Shown here: piece after piece, positions 48,904 to 57,994 of the stretch
Position numbering within the stretch: position 1 is the stretch's first letter
How the letters are laid out: each line of letters begins with the position of its first letter
Assembly: GCA_017542065.1 (NCBI GenBank)
Contig: JAFXXX010000003.1
Location: forward strand, 12,049-76,048
Direction: 5' to 3'
Origin: Bacilli bacterium
GTDB lineage: Bacteria; Bacillota_I; Bacilli_A; RF39; UBA660
DNA: 64,000 nt
Made by a program: the position numbers and the translations under genes
The notes under the pieces: model-generated
Databases searched by the model: none
Told to the model about the DNA's origin: nothing
What the model saw: the letters and a program-made list of their open reading frames with translations, nothing else

Positions 48904-49595
48904 TATTTCTTATCCCTATAACTATCTAGATATTCTATTAACTTTCTACTTTGTCTAAATGGAAATAAGAAAAAGTATTTTTCTTCTGCTTTTTTAGTTT
49001 CGTCTTTAATATGATCTTTAAGTTTTTCATATCTAACAACAATATTATTATTCTTAGCATATTTTCTAATCTTAATGTATAACTTAGATGAATAAAAGAA
49101 ATCTATTATTAAGAATCCTGATAATACTCCTATTACATATGAAAAAGATATATTATCATTAAACCAGTTAACAGCATACATAAGTGGATCATATAAGAAG
49201 AAATAATAAATAGCTCCTGCTAATATCCACATAGAGGAATATAAAGGACATATAATACCTTTATAATTTAACCATTTATCACTATAATCCCATAATTTAA
49301 CTTTTTGAGATAAACAGAATAATCCTCCTAGTAATTCTATTAACGTCATAACTACTCCCATTAAAAGAATAGCAACTATAGGACTTAAATCAAATCTCAT
49401 AAGTATATTATGTAAGATAGTAATAGATAGTAAACCAAAACCATATATAGGTAAATAAGGTCCTACTAAAAAACCAGGATTAACTAATTTACCATACATA
49501 AGTCTTCTATAAATTATTTCTATTATCCATCCTACTAAACTACCTAAAATGAAAATAAAAACACCTGTTAAAAATATACTCATATAATTCACCAA
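48903..49595 (-). CDS. Polytopic membrane protein (PF06541-like 'putative ABC-transporter type IV')
   Basis: LVGWIIEIIYRR...NPGFLVGPYLPIYGFG pattern and about six TM segments. Confidence 0.6.
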   Translation of the reverse strand: MVNYMSIFLTGVFIFILGSLVGWIIEIIYRRLMYGKLVNPGFLVGPYLPIYGFGLLSITILHNILMRFDLSPIVAILLMGVVMTLIELLGGLFCLSQKVKLWDYSDKWLNYKGIICPLYSSMWILAGAIYYFFLYDPLMYAVNWFNDNISFSYVIGVLSGFLIIDFFYSSKLYIKIRKYAKNNNIVVRYEKLKDHIKDETKKAEEKYFFLFPFRQSRKLIEYLDSYRDKK

Positions 49596-49634
49596 TATTA
49601 TTATAATATAAAAAAAATGTAATCAGTTATATGA

Positions 49635-50399
49635 TTACACCTTTTTTACACTATATGGAGATAATACTTTAGCTCCTCTACCTTCTTCTCTATCTTTTAT
49701 TTCAGCATTTAATCTATCTTCAAAATCATACATTAAACTTCTTTGATATTCTAATTCTTCATACATTTCTAAACTTAATACTGCTGAAGCAGATGATGTT
49801 ATATTATAAATAAAGATTAATTCATCATTAGTAAGTTTTCCACCTTTATTAAATTTTGGTGTTGGATTACTAAGAATTCTTGATAATACTGCTTTTTCAT
49901 CTCCTATATCAAATCCACATGATAAATCCATTGCCATGCTTAACATTACTTGATCATTTCTATCTAGTTTTTCAAACATCTTTTTAGCGGCTTTTCTTCT
50001 ATTATATTTCTTAATAAACATTTCTAATTCTGGACGAATTTCATTTTCTATTGGATCTTCTCCTGCTTTATCTTTTTCAAGAATAGTTCCATATGATTTA
50101 CATACAAGCTTACATAATTCATTTAATTCTGTTTGTGTCATTAAATCAAATATATTCATTATATTTGTTAAACTAAAATTATGAATAGCAGTTAAATTAT
50201 CATATTCATTTCTTCCTTCATAATCCCCTGAATTTACTCTTTCTTCATACTTTCTAACATATGCTGAATTTAATGCATCTCTAACTTCTTTATCATAGTC
50301 TTTTGTTAATCCAATTAATACATAAAGTGATTCTAAGTCTTCTAAAGTTAAAGTATCAAATAACACTTTCATTTCAAAATATTTTTTACCTTTTTTCAT
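49635..50399 (-). CDS. Hypothetical protein
   Basis: ORF only. Confidence 0.4.
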   Translation of the reverse strand: MKKGKKYFEMKVLFDTLTLEDLESLYVLIGLTKDYDKEVRDALNSAYVRKYEERVNSGDYEGRNEYDNLTAIHNFSLTNIMNIFDLMTQTELNELCKLVCKSYGTILEKDKAGEDPIENEIRPELEMFIKKYNRRKAAKKMFEKLDRNDQVMLSMAMDLSCGFDIGDEKAVLSRILSNPTPKFNKGGKLTNDELIFIYNITSSASAVLSLEMYEELEYQRSLMYDFEDRLNAEIKDREEGRGAKVLSPYSVKKV

Positions 50400-50400
50400 T

Positions 50401-50721
50401 TTAAACCTCCCTGATTAGTTCTTCTTCTTTTACTAAAACTCCTTTTGAATTTTCTTTATAAACCCTCTTACTATTCTTTTCTATTTTATTTACTATTTCT
50501 TTTTCTAAATCAATATTAAGCATTTTAGATATTCCAAGAAGATATATAATAACGTCTGCTAATTCTTCTCCTAAATCTTCTTTCTTCTTTAAATATGCAA
50601 TATATGCTTCACCAAGTTCTCCATAAGCTAAACAAAATTCCATTTCTATATTTGTTGTATTAAACCCATGATTTACTTTGTTTTGATATACTTTATCTTG
50701 TAATTCTTTTATGTTAACCAT
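50401..50721 (-). CDS. MazG-like nucleotide pyrophosphohydrolase
   Basis: EFCLAYGELGEAY...GEELADVIIYLLGISKMLNIDLE contains the EExxE/D-type MazG helix pair. Confidence 0.75.
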   Translation of the reverse strand: MVNIKELQDKVYQNKVNHGFNTTNIEMEFCLAYGELGEAYIAYLKKKEDLGEELADVIIYLLGISKMLNIDLEKEIVNKIEKNSKRVYKENSKGVLVKEEELIREV

Positions 50722-50730
50722 ATAAACCTC

Positions 50731-51144
50731 CTAAAGTAACTCTTTTAACTTATTAACTATTTCTATATCTGCACCTAACCATTCAACTGAATCTAATTCT
50801 TCTTTAGAAAGCCATTTCATTGATTCATGTTCTAACTTTTCTTCATCATGATAAACCATCTCTATATGATCATTTAATAATTCACAAAAATAAGTATGCA
50901 TTATCAAATGAAAATCAGGATTCTTATAATCATAATCTACAGTGCAAATATAATCTCCTACTTTAATATCAGCATTTAATTCCTCTTTTATTTCACGAAC
51001 TAATGCTTCTTCTTTTGTTTCACCAATTTCTGGTTTTCCACCTGGAAACTCCCACATACCTTTAAAATGTCCGTATCCTCTAGCAGTTCCAAGTATCTTA
51101 TTATCTTTCTTAATAACAGCTGCTACTACTTCTACTACTTTCAT
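50731..51144 (-). CDS. NUDIX hydrolase (MutT-like)
   Basis: NUDIX box GMWEFPGGKPEIGETKEEALVREIKEEL. Confidence 0.88.
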   Translation of the reverse strand: MKVVEVVAAVIKKDNKILGTARGYGHFKGMWEFPGGKPEIGETKEEALVREIKEELNADIKVGDYICTVDYDYKNPDFHLIMHTYFCELLNDHIEMVYHDEEKLEHESMKWLSKEELDSVEWLGADIEIVNKLKELL

Positions 51145-51728
51145 TATTTATTCCTACTTTCTTCAATATATTTTCTAATAATAAACTTAGATAGTATTAC
51201 ATCAGCATCAGCTAAATCATAATCAAGTAATTCTTCAATATTAACCCACTTATATTCTGAGTGAATTGGTGATGTAAATTCACCACTTACATAATCACAT
51301 TCATAGATTTTAAGATCTACTATATGACCTGGATATTCACATATACTATGAGTTAAATAATCATTAATATTAGCCTTAATTCCAAGAACTTCATCAAATG
51401 CTCTTTCTAGAGTTTTCTTTTCATCTTCAAGACCTTGTCTTCTTCCTCCTGGAAATTCCCATCTACCCTTTAGATGATCATCTTTATTTCTTCTAGCAAT
51501 TAAACATTTTCCATCCTTCATAATTAATGCACATACTACATCTAATATCTTTTTAGTATCAACTACATTAGTAACTGCAAATGGAAGTCCATTCTTCTTA
51601 ACTACTTGTTTTAAGAATAAATTAATTGCAGAACTCATTGATAAACCTAATTCTGTTAATACTAATGTTGCATCTTGTTTAACATCACTATCTACTTGAA
51701 TATTAATAGCACTTGTTTTATTAGCCAT
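51144..51728 (-). CDS. Fusion protein: RelB/DinJ-type antitoxin-like RHH N-domain + NUDIX hydrolase domain
   Basis: N-terminus INIQVDSDVKQDATLVLTELGLSMSSAINLFLKQVVKKNGLPF (DinJ pattern). C-terminus GRWEFPGGRRQGLEDEKKTLERAFDEVLG (NUDIX box). ATG at 51728 with GAGGTGAGG upstream. Confidence 0.7.
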   Translation of the reverse strand: MANKTSAINIQVDSDVKQDATLVLTELGLSMSSAINLFLKQVVKKNGLPFAVTNVVDTKKILDVVCALIMKDGKCLIARRNKDDHLKGRWEFPGGRRQGLEDEKKTLERAFDEVLGIKANINDYLTHSICEYPGHIVDLKIYECDYVSGEFTSPIHSEYKWVNIEELLDYDLADADVILSKFIIRKYIEESRNK

Positions 51729-51837
51729 TTTCCTCACCTCTTGAATAGATAATAACACCATAAAAAATGCTTGTCAATAGAAAACTACAAAAATACTACA
51801 ATTTTACTACATTACACTTTTATAATAAAAAAGAGAC

Positions 51838-53583
51838 CTAATCAGTCTCTTTTATTTCAGATTCATATAATTTCTTATATTTCTTACATCTCTTTAATAA
51901 TTCTTCATGTGTTCCAAAATCTAATACTTTTCCATCTTCAATATAGAAGATTTTATCACAATTAATAATAGTAGAAAATCTATGGGCTATTATCATAATA
52001 GTATAATCTTTCTTTAAGTTTTCAATAGCTTCTTGAACTTTCTTTTGAGTTTCATTATCTAATGCTGAAGTAGCTTCATCAAATAATATTATTTCAGTCT
52101 TTTGAAGAAGTGCTCTAGCAATAGCTAGTCTCTGTCTTTGTCCACCAGATAATGTTACTCCTCCCTCACCTATAACAGTGTTATACTTCTCAGGTAAAGA
52201 TTCAATGAATTCATCAAGACATGCTAGTTCACATGCTTTCTTAATTTCTACAAATGTAGCATTAGATTTAACTATCTTCATATTATCTAATATACTCATA
52301 TTAAATACATATGGAGATTGACCTATTATTGTTATATTACCTCTAATAGAATCTTCATCTAATTCATTAATATTATGTCCATCAATTAATATTTCTCCAG
52401 AAGTAACATCATATAATTTACTAAGTAAACTAAATATAGTTGTCTTACCTGCTCCAGAAGGACCAACAAATCCTACTGTAGTATCAGCATCTACTTTAAA
52501 ACTAATATGATCTAATACATCTTGTTCATTTTCATATGAGAAGCAAACATCTCTAAATTCAAAGTCTCCTTTAACTTTCTTTAAATGTGTATTACCAAAC
52601 TTTTCTTTAGTAAATGTCTTATTATCAAGCAAATTAAATACTCTTTCAAACGATAAGTTAAATCCATTAACTTCCTCTAATAACTCAGATATAACTTCCA
52701 TAACATCATACATCAATCTATATCTATATGAGTATAATGCTATAGCCATAGCAACTTCTAATGTATTATCCTTAATTAAATATATCATTAAAAGCATTAA
52801 TCCAAACTCTAGAATAGCTCTAATAATATCAAATATGAAGTTATAATTAATATCTACGTTTCTCATATTAATTACTGCTTGTCTTGCTACTTTATATTGT
52901 TTATTAAGTGAATTAATAAAACTCTTTTTAGCATTAAGCATTTTAATATCTCTAGTTCCTCTAATTAACTCAGTAGAAAGAGATGTTAATTTTTCATTTT
53001 CTTTTCTTCTAATTCTATCTTTTTCTTTAAACTTTCTAGCTTTAATTAAATGAATAATAGTTAATAAAACCGCTACTATCAAGTAGAATAATCCAACTAT
53101 ATAGTTAATAATAAAGACTGCTATAAATACACCAACACTTGTTACTAATCTTGTTATTTTTCCAAAACCTTTAGTAAACATGGTAGCTATTTCTTCTACA
53201 TCAGATCCAAGTCTTTGGATGAATACTCCTGTGGAATTCTTATCTATATCAGTTTGATTAATCTTAAGAACTTCTTCAGAAACTTCTTTTTCAAGCTTAC
53301 GACATAATCCATATATAAACTGTTGTGTATTCTTTCTAATTAATACTCCAGTTGCCCCATCTACTATATATGCAGCACATATAATAGCAGATATAAATAT
53401 TAATTGTTCCCAGTTATTGTTTGTTAAATACACTACTTCTTTAGCAGCTATAATAGGCCATAATATACCTAACCCTATACTTAATAATGATCCAATTAAT
53501 TCAAAAAACAAATATTTTCTAAACTCTCTACCATATTTATATACAGCTTTTAGATTTCTAAATGTTTCCATCATATATATCAC
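51838..53583 (-). CDS. ABC exporter, fused permease/ATPase (MdlB/MsbA-like)
   Basis: Six-TM N-domain, Walker A GPSGAGKTT, signature LSGGQRQRLAIARAL, Walker B ILFDEATSALD. The exact start (M1, M4 or M5) is uncertain. Confidence 0.9.
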   Translation of the reverse strand: MIYMMETFRNLKAVYKYGREFRKYLFFELIGSLLSIGLGILWPIIAAKEVVYLTNNNWEQLIFISAIICAAYIVDGATGVLIRKNTQQFIYGLCRKLEKEVSEEVLKINQTDIDKNSTGVFIQRLGSDVEEIATMFTKGFGKITRLVTSVGVFIAVFIINYIVGLFYLIVAVLLTIIHLIKARKFKEKDRIRRKENEKLTSLSTELIRGTRDIKMLNAKKSFINSLNKQYKVARQAVINMRNVDINYNFIFDIIRAILEFGLMLLMIYLIKDNTLEVAMAIALYSYRYRLMYDVMEVISELLEEVNGFNLSFERVFNLLDNKTFTKEKFGNTHLKKVKGDFEFRDVCFSYENEQDVLDHISFKVDADTTVGFVGPSGAGKTTIFSLLSKLYDVTSGEILIDGHNINELDEDSIRGNITIIGQSPYVFNMSILDNMKIVKSNATFVEIKKACELACLDEFIESLPEKYNTVIGEGGVTLSGGQRQRLAIARALLQKTEIILFDEATSALDNETQKKVQEAIENLKKDYTIMIIAHRFSTIINCDKIFYIEDGKVLDFGTHEELLKRCKKYKKLYESEIKETD

Positions 53584-53670
53584 CTATTATAATTATATCA
53601 TTAAATATCACTTGCATTATATAAAAATATGCTAAAAAAAGTGGTGAAATATTTGGCATGATAAACTAAT

Positions 53671-53705
53671 AAAAAAACGAACTATAATAGTTCGTTTTTT
53701 ATTTT
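53671..53705 (-). terminator. Strong terminator closing the DGR/effector operon (bidirectional shape)
   Basis: acgaactat-a-atagttcgt flanked by A7 and T6ATTTT. No plus-strand gene lies upstream, so it most likely serves the minus-strand operon. Confidence 0.7.
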
Positions 53706-53893
53706 CCAAATGGGGCGTTTATTTAGATACTTTTAAACTTTCCACCTTGTTTCACAAGTATAAAATTTTTCTATAAACATTATACTACAAAAATCTATAA
53801 ATTATCAACTTATATATTTCACCTTAGTATAGATTTTCCAACTTTATAATTATATATACAAAATATTAATATTTCATTTATCACATTTTATAT

Positions 53894-55408
53894 TTATCTA
53901 ATCTTCCTACTTGCATCTTCATCAACTTTACAATCATATAGTCTTTCAAGTTGCTTTGAAGTGATTTGAATTACAGTACCACAGCATGGTTTAAAATATC
54001 TATTACCATATACAAGCCAAATAACATTTTCATTTTTTAAATCATCTTTAGGCATAGTTCCAGGACAAGGTTCACCATCCGTAAAAACAATTTTATTTAT
54101 TTCTCTTTTCTTAGTAAAAGATCTAACAGCTAAATCCCAGTCTTCAGTCCAAGCAGAGTGTCCTCTTGCTCCGTTAGGTATTTCAAAATTGTCAATGTCC
54201 GACACATTTTTAATTTCTTTCATACCCCAAAACTTTTCATTAAAACATCCAACTTTTAATTTTGATTCTTTTAATATTGGTTTTATCATTCTTAAAAATG
54301 CTTTAACTAAATCCAGGTCAACAGAACCAGAAACATCTATCATAACTTCTGTTTCGGCTTCATCATCAATATCATTTTCTTCTAGTCTATAAGCATAATT
54401 ATTTTCAGCTATAGATCTTCTTTGTGACCATATTGTTTCAGTCTTTTCTACTTCTCTTCTTAATAAAATTCTCCAATCAAATTCTTCAGCACTTTCACCA
54501 ACTGAACCTAAATTAGTTTTATCAGAGAAACATGAATTAGTTAACATTTCATTTTTTAATCTTTCTAAGTTTTCTTTAGCTCTTGTTCTTCTTTCTTCAT
54601 AATTCTTTTCAAATTCTTCTTTTTCATCAAAATTATCAGACTCTAAATCATCGGTTGATAATTTATCATCACTTTGAGAACTATTAGATTTATCGCGGGA
54701 TTTATCTCCATTTTTTCTTTTTTCAAAAGCTTCTTCCCATAAACTATGATCATCACCAATTTGTTGAGCTTCACCATCATTCTTATCATTTGTTGATTTA
54801 TCATCTTGAGTGTTTGGACAATCTTGTTGATTTTCACCACCGTTATTGTTACTCTCTGTTTGATCTTGAGAATCTTGATTTTCACTATTTTGACTCTCAG
54901 TTTGTTCTTGTGAGTCTCCACTTTCTTTTTTATCTTGACTATCTTGTTCACTATTACTTTGATGTTCTTCCTGTTCTTTAGCCTTCTTTTCTTCTAAAAG
55001 CAATTGGTAAAACTCTTCCGCTGAATAATTCAAAGCCTCAGGTCTATTAACATATCCCTCTTTAATAATAAATCCGTCTCTTTCAAGATTAGCGTTTATT
55101 ATAGCATCGGTTGCTATATTCCATGTATCCATATCACGTTTTTCACCATTTTTATCTTCAAGTCTAAATGCATGAGCAAATTTAATATGCATTAATTCAT
55201 GTGCAATAAGAAATAATCTATCTGCCTCGCTTAAACCTGCTAAGTATTCTGGATCAAAGAAAATATTTTTTCCATCAGTTGCCGCAGTATGACATTTTAA
55301 ATCCGTTCTATAGGAAATATTTGCTGATGCTATCTCACTTGCAAATCTTGGATATCTTAACATCATTAATCGTTTAGTTTCGTAAAGTAATTTTGTCATT
55401 GCATCCAT
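53894..55408 (-). CDS. Putative Zn-metallopeptidase (HExxH, DUF2201_N-type) + acidic low-complexity linker + VWA-like domain; the usual partner of MoxR-class AAA+ ATPases
   Basis: HELMH at 55187-55201. The N-terminal pattern RYPRFA...TDGKNIFFDPEYL...FLIAHELMH is typical of DUF2201_N. MIDAS-like DVSGS in VMIDVSGSVD. ATG at 55408, 6 nt after AGGGGA, which overlaps the upstream stop. Confidence 0.8.
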   Translation of the reverse strand: MDAMTKLLYETKRLMMLRYPRFASEIASANISYRTDLKCHTAATDGKNIFFDPEYLAGLSEADRLFLIAHELMHIKFAHAFRLEDKNGEKRDMDTWNIATDAIINANLERDGFIIKEGYVNRPEALNYSAEEFYQLLLEEKKAKEQEEHQSNSEQDSQDKKESGDSQEQTESQNSENQDSQDQTESNNNGGENQQDCPNTQDDKSTNDKNDGEAQQIGDDHSLWEEAFEKRKNGDKSRDKSNSSQSDDKLSTDDLESDNFDEKEEFEKNYEERRTRAKENLERLKNEMLTNSCFSDKTNLGSVGESAEEFDWRILLRREVEKTETIWSQRRSIAENNYAYRLEENDIDDEAETEVMIDVSGSVDLDLVKAFLRMIKPILKESKLKVGCFNEKFWGMKEIKNVSDIDNFEIPNGARGHSAWTEDWDLAVRSFTKKREINKIVFTDGEPCPGTMPKDDLKNENVIWLVYGNRYFKPCCGTVIQITSKQLERLYDCKVDEDASRKIR

Positions 55409-55418
55409 AAACAATCCC

Positions 55419-55808
55419 CTAAATTGATACTACACAAAAATGATAAATTTCTGAAGAAATATTTTTTAATGATTCTTTATTTTCTATAGATAATACTATT
55501 ATTATATTATCTGGTAATGTATAACCAAGAAGTTCTCTATCTTTAATTATTGGAACATATTTATTTTGTTCATCAACTGATAAAGAATCAAAATTAGTAA
55601 CAACAAAATACCCTATTTCACCATTTTTTGAAACAATATCTACCTTTTCTTTAATTATTGGATTACCCATTTTAGCACCAAACAACCATGAATCATTTAT
55701 TCTTGAATCCATATGCACAGCATTTCCAAGTTTGTTTAAATCACTATTCTTTACCACAACGCAAGTAGCTTTACTACCTCTTTGTAATTCAATTAACTCT
55801 TTATTCAT
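55419..55808 (-). CDS. 129-aa protein resembling the Walker-B-to-sensor-1 half of an AAA_5 ATPase, without a P-loop (hypothetical)
   Basis: The start ATG overlaps the target-gene TGA (ATGA at 55805-55808). YFVVTNFDSLSVDEQNKYVPIIKDRELLGYTLPDNIIIVLSIEN parallels IVIMLDELLNVKPAVQSLVYTLVLNRLVETGKGLKLPANTVIVATGN of the upstream ATPase. Confidence 0.5.
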   Translation of the reverse strand: MNKELIELQRGSKATCVVVKNSDLNKLGNAVHMDSRINDSWLFGAKMGNPIIKEKVDIVSKNGEIGYFVVTNFDSLSVDEQNKYVPIIKDRELLGYTLPDNIIIVLSIENKESLKNISSEIYHFCVVSI

Positions 55809-57961
55809 AGTCTCTTACCTGCACTTTCTTCATTAATCATTGTCATTTCTTGAAGTTCTGTTATTCTCATTATTTTTCTTTCATCATTACCTGCCCAACA
55901 AATATCATATAATTGTAGATATTCTGGATCACAATATTTTCTAATAAAATCTCTACATTTTCCGACTTGATTTTCATCAGCAAGCAATAATGATGTTACA
56001 CAAGCAAATCTTTCATTAATATCTCTTGGTAAATCAGCTTGTGAAAACGAATCTGTAACAACTTCATCAACTGACATTGTAGGTATATTATAAAAATCAA
56101 AGAACTCTCTAGCCCATTCCTCGCGAAGTTTAGAATTGATAGATACCTCTAACATGTGCTCTACATCTTTTCCAATAAATTTACCTTTTCTTAAATCTTC
56201 TTCAAAAGCATAAAGAGTATTTGAAATTGATGTCCAACCACGAGGGTCATTAGTTCTTCCTTTACAACCATTTTGGTCTAATCTCTTTTCTCCCACTTCA
56301 GGTTCCTCATAAAAATAACCCATGTCAGAAATATGTTCACTTTTTCCACTTTGAATATATTTAGATAGTATATATCCAATTACTGATGGATGAATTTTAT
56401 TTGGAATTGCATATTCATTTATCCATTCACCAACTTTTGGTTGCATATCTAAAATGTGATCAAATCTTTTTTCAAGTGGCTCTGCTAAATCTTCAGCTAC
56501 GCTTGAATACTTCCTTTGGTTACCCGTTGCAACTATAACAGTATTAGCAGGAAGCTTTAATCCTTTTCCAGTTTCAACTAATCTATTTAAAACTAGAGTA
56601 TAGACTAATGATTGAACAGCTGGTTTAACGTTTAATAATTCATCTAGCATTATAACTATCTTTTCATTGCTGTTTTTAGATCTTTCATATATTTCGTCAG
56701 CTAAATCATAAAGGTTTTGGACATTCTCACTAATTAATCTTCTTTCCTCATTAGTTGCACAAGCAAGTAAAGCTTGCTTAGCAAAATCAGGTGGAATATT
56801 TTGCCCAGTTTGAAGATTCATGGAACCCACAACTTTTTCTGGAAACATATTATTCGTTAATTTTATATATATTAAATTTGGATATAAAGCTTTAATCCTT
56901 TCAGTTTTACCAATACCACTTGGTCCTCTAAGTAATACTGATTGTCCTGCTTCTATCCATGAATGAATAATCTCTGTATCAGTCATTCTTCGTCTATCTT
57001 GAGGACTAGTAGTATCAGGATTTAATCTTTGTAATCTTGATTTTCTTTCTTCTGATTCTTGATTCCATTCTGTGTCTGCTTGTACATAAGATGACAACTC
57101 GTCTTCATCTAACAACATACGAGGTGCAGTTGCTCTACATATTTCTTTTGAAAAATATCCGTCCATAAATTTCTTTATATCAGTTTTATCAAAGTCTCCA
57201 TCATACTCCGTATCATTTTGGAATTGAACTCCAGAAAAAAGGATCTTTTTTGATAGTGCTACATTTGCTTTTTCGTCTACTAACCATTTTATTGGTTCAA
57301 CAAAAATCCAATATGGTTTACCGTCTTCTATTACTCTACCATCAGATAGTGTTTCACCATTTCCATTAAAACCGGCAACAACTCGAATATATTTTTTACC
57401 TTTGTATGCAAACTCTTCATATTCTACTGGTTCAAAATTAGTATCATATTCATCATAGTTAACTGAATCTGTAGTATATACTTTTCCCGTTCTTACTAGA
57501 TCTATTTCAAATGGAACATCCTCGTTATAACACTCTTCTAATTTCTTTGAAAGGGTTTCATCAACGATTGTTTGCGGATATTCTCCATATTCAACTTCCT
57601 TAATATCAAACTTGCCTCTCACTTCGTTCGAGGCGATTAATTTGATTGATGAGTAAGGTAAAGCTGGACGAGCCCCATCAGGACGATCGTCGACATCGTC
57701 GCGGTAAGCACGACCATTGAAATCAACAACGCGCGCGCCTGAACTATATCCCGGATAAGAAGTTTTTGTCCACCACCATCCTGTTCTTTCCTTTTTATCT
57801 TCAGTTTCTTCTCCAACGTTAGTGTAAGTATCATTAGAATATGCATTCCCTAAAAGAATAGAAAAGTCCGTAACAGCACATTTAGTTCCATATTTTTTAA
57901 TTATATCTAATTGCTCATCTCCAAAGATTTGCTCATATGTTAATAAAGTCATATTATCCAT
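55805..57961 (-). CDS. DGR target protein: N-terminal VR-bearing lectin-like domain fused to a MoxR/AAA_5-type ATPase (718 aa, no signal peptide or TM)
   Basis: Contains the VR (aa 75-100). WWWTKTS...GARPAL lectin-like signature. Walker A GPSGIGKT (56903-56926), Walker B VIMLDEL, ATGN sensor-like segment. Confidence 0.85.
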   Translation of the reverse strand: MDNMTLLTYEQIFGDEQLDIIKKYGTKCAVTDFSILLGNAYSNDTYTNVGEETEDKKERTGWWWTKTSYPGYSSGARVVDFNGRAYRDDVDDRPDGARPALPYSSIKLIASNEVRGKFDIKEVEYGEYPQTIVDETLSKKLEECYNEDVPFEIDLVRTGKVYTTDSVNYDEYDTNFEPVEYEEFAYKGKKYIRVVAGFNGNGETLSDGRVIEDGKPYWIFVEPIKWLVDEKANVALSKKILFSGVQFQNDTEYDGDFDKTDIKKFMDGYFSKEICRATAPRMLLDEDELSSYVQADTEWNQESEERKSRLQRLNPDTTSPQDRRRMTDTEIIHSWIEAGQSVLLRGPSGIGKTERIKALYPNLIYIKLTNNMFPEKVVGSMNLQTGQNIPPDFAKQALLACATNEERRLISENVQNLYDLADEIYERSKNSNEKIVIMLDELLNVKPAVQSLVYTLVLNRLVETGKGLKLPANTVIVATGNQRKYSSVAEDLAEPLEKRFDHILDMQPKVGEWINEYAIPNKIHPSVIGYILSKYIQSGKSEHISDMGYFYEEPEVGEKRLDQNGCKGRTNDPRGWTSISNTLYAFEEDLRKGKFIGKDVEHMLEVSINSKLREEWAREFFDFYNIPTMSVDEVVTDSFSQADLPRDINERFACVTSLLLADENQVGKCRDFIRKYCDPEYLQLYDICWAGNDERKIMRITELQEMTMINEESAGKRL
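57664..57738 (-). repeat. DGR variable repeat (VR)
   Basis: 75 nt aligned without gaps to 59283-59357. 59/75 identical, and all 16 mismatches fall where the TR has A on the coding (minus) strand. Encodes ARVVDFNGRAYRDDVDDRPDGARP. Confidence 0.93.
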
Positions 57962-57994
57962 TTATAATCACCATATATATCATAACATAAATTC

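Noticed and set aside
54189-54981. ORFs 54189-54392(+), 54643-54951(-) and 54790-54981(+)
   Set aside because: These are shadow or alternative-frame ORFs inside the VWA/metallopeptidase gene, produced by its low-complexity acidic region. They have no RBS and implausible composition.
57614-57634. Hairpin gcctc-N11-gaggc downstream of the VR as the DGR target-recognition cruciform
   Set aside because: The stem is only 5 bp with an 11-nt loop, and it lies about 30 nt from the VR end. That is too weak to call without folding or covariation evidence.
57637-57846. 69-aa alternative-frame ORF spanning the VR
   Set aside because: It lies in another frame within the 718-aa target gene, has no RBS, and the TR AAY-codon design fits only the long ORF's frame.
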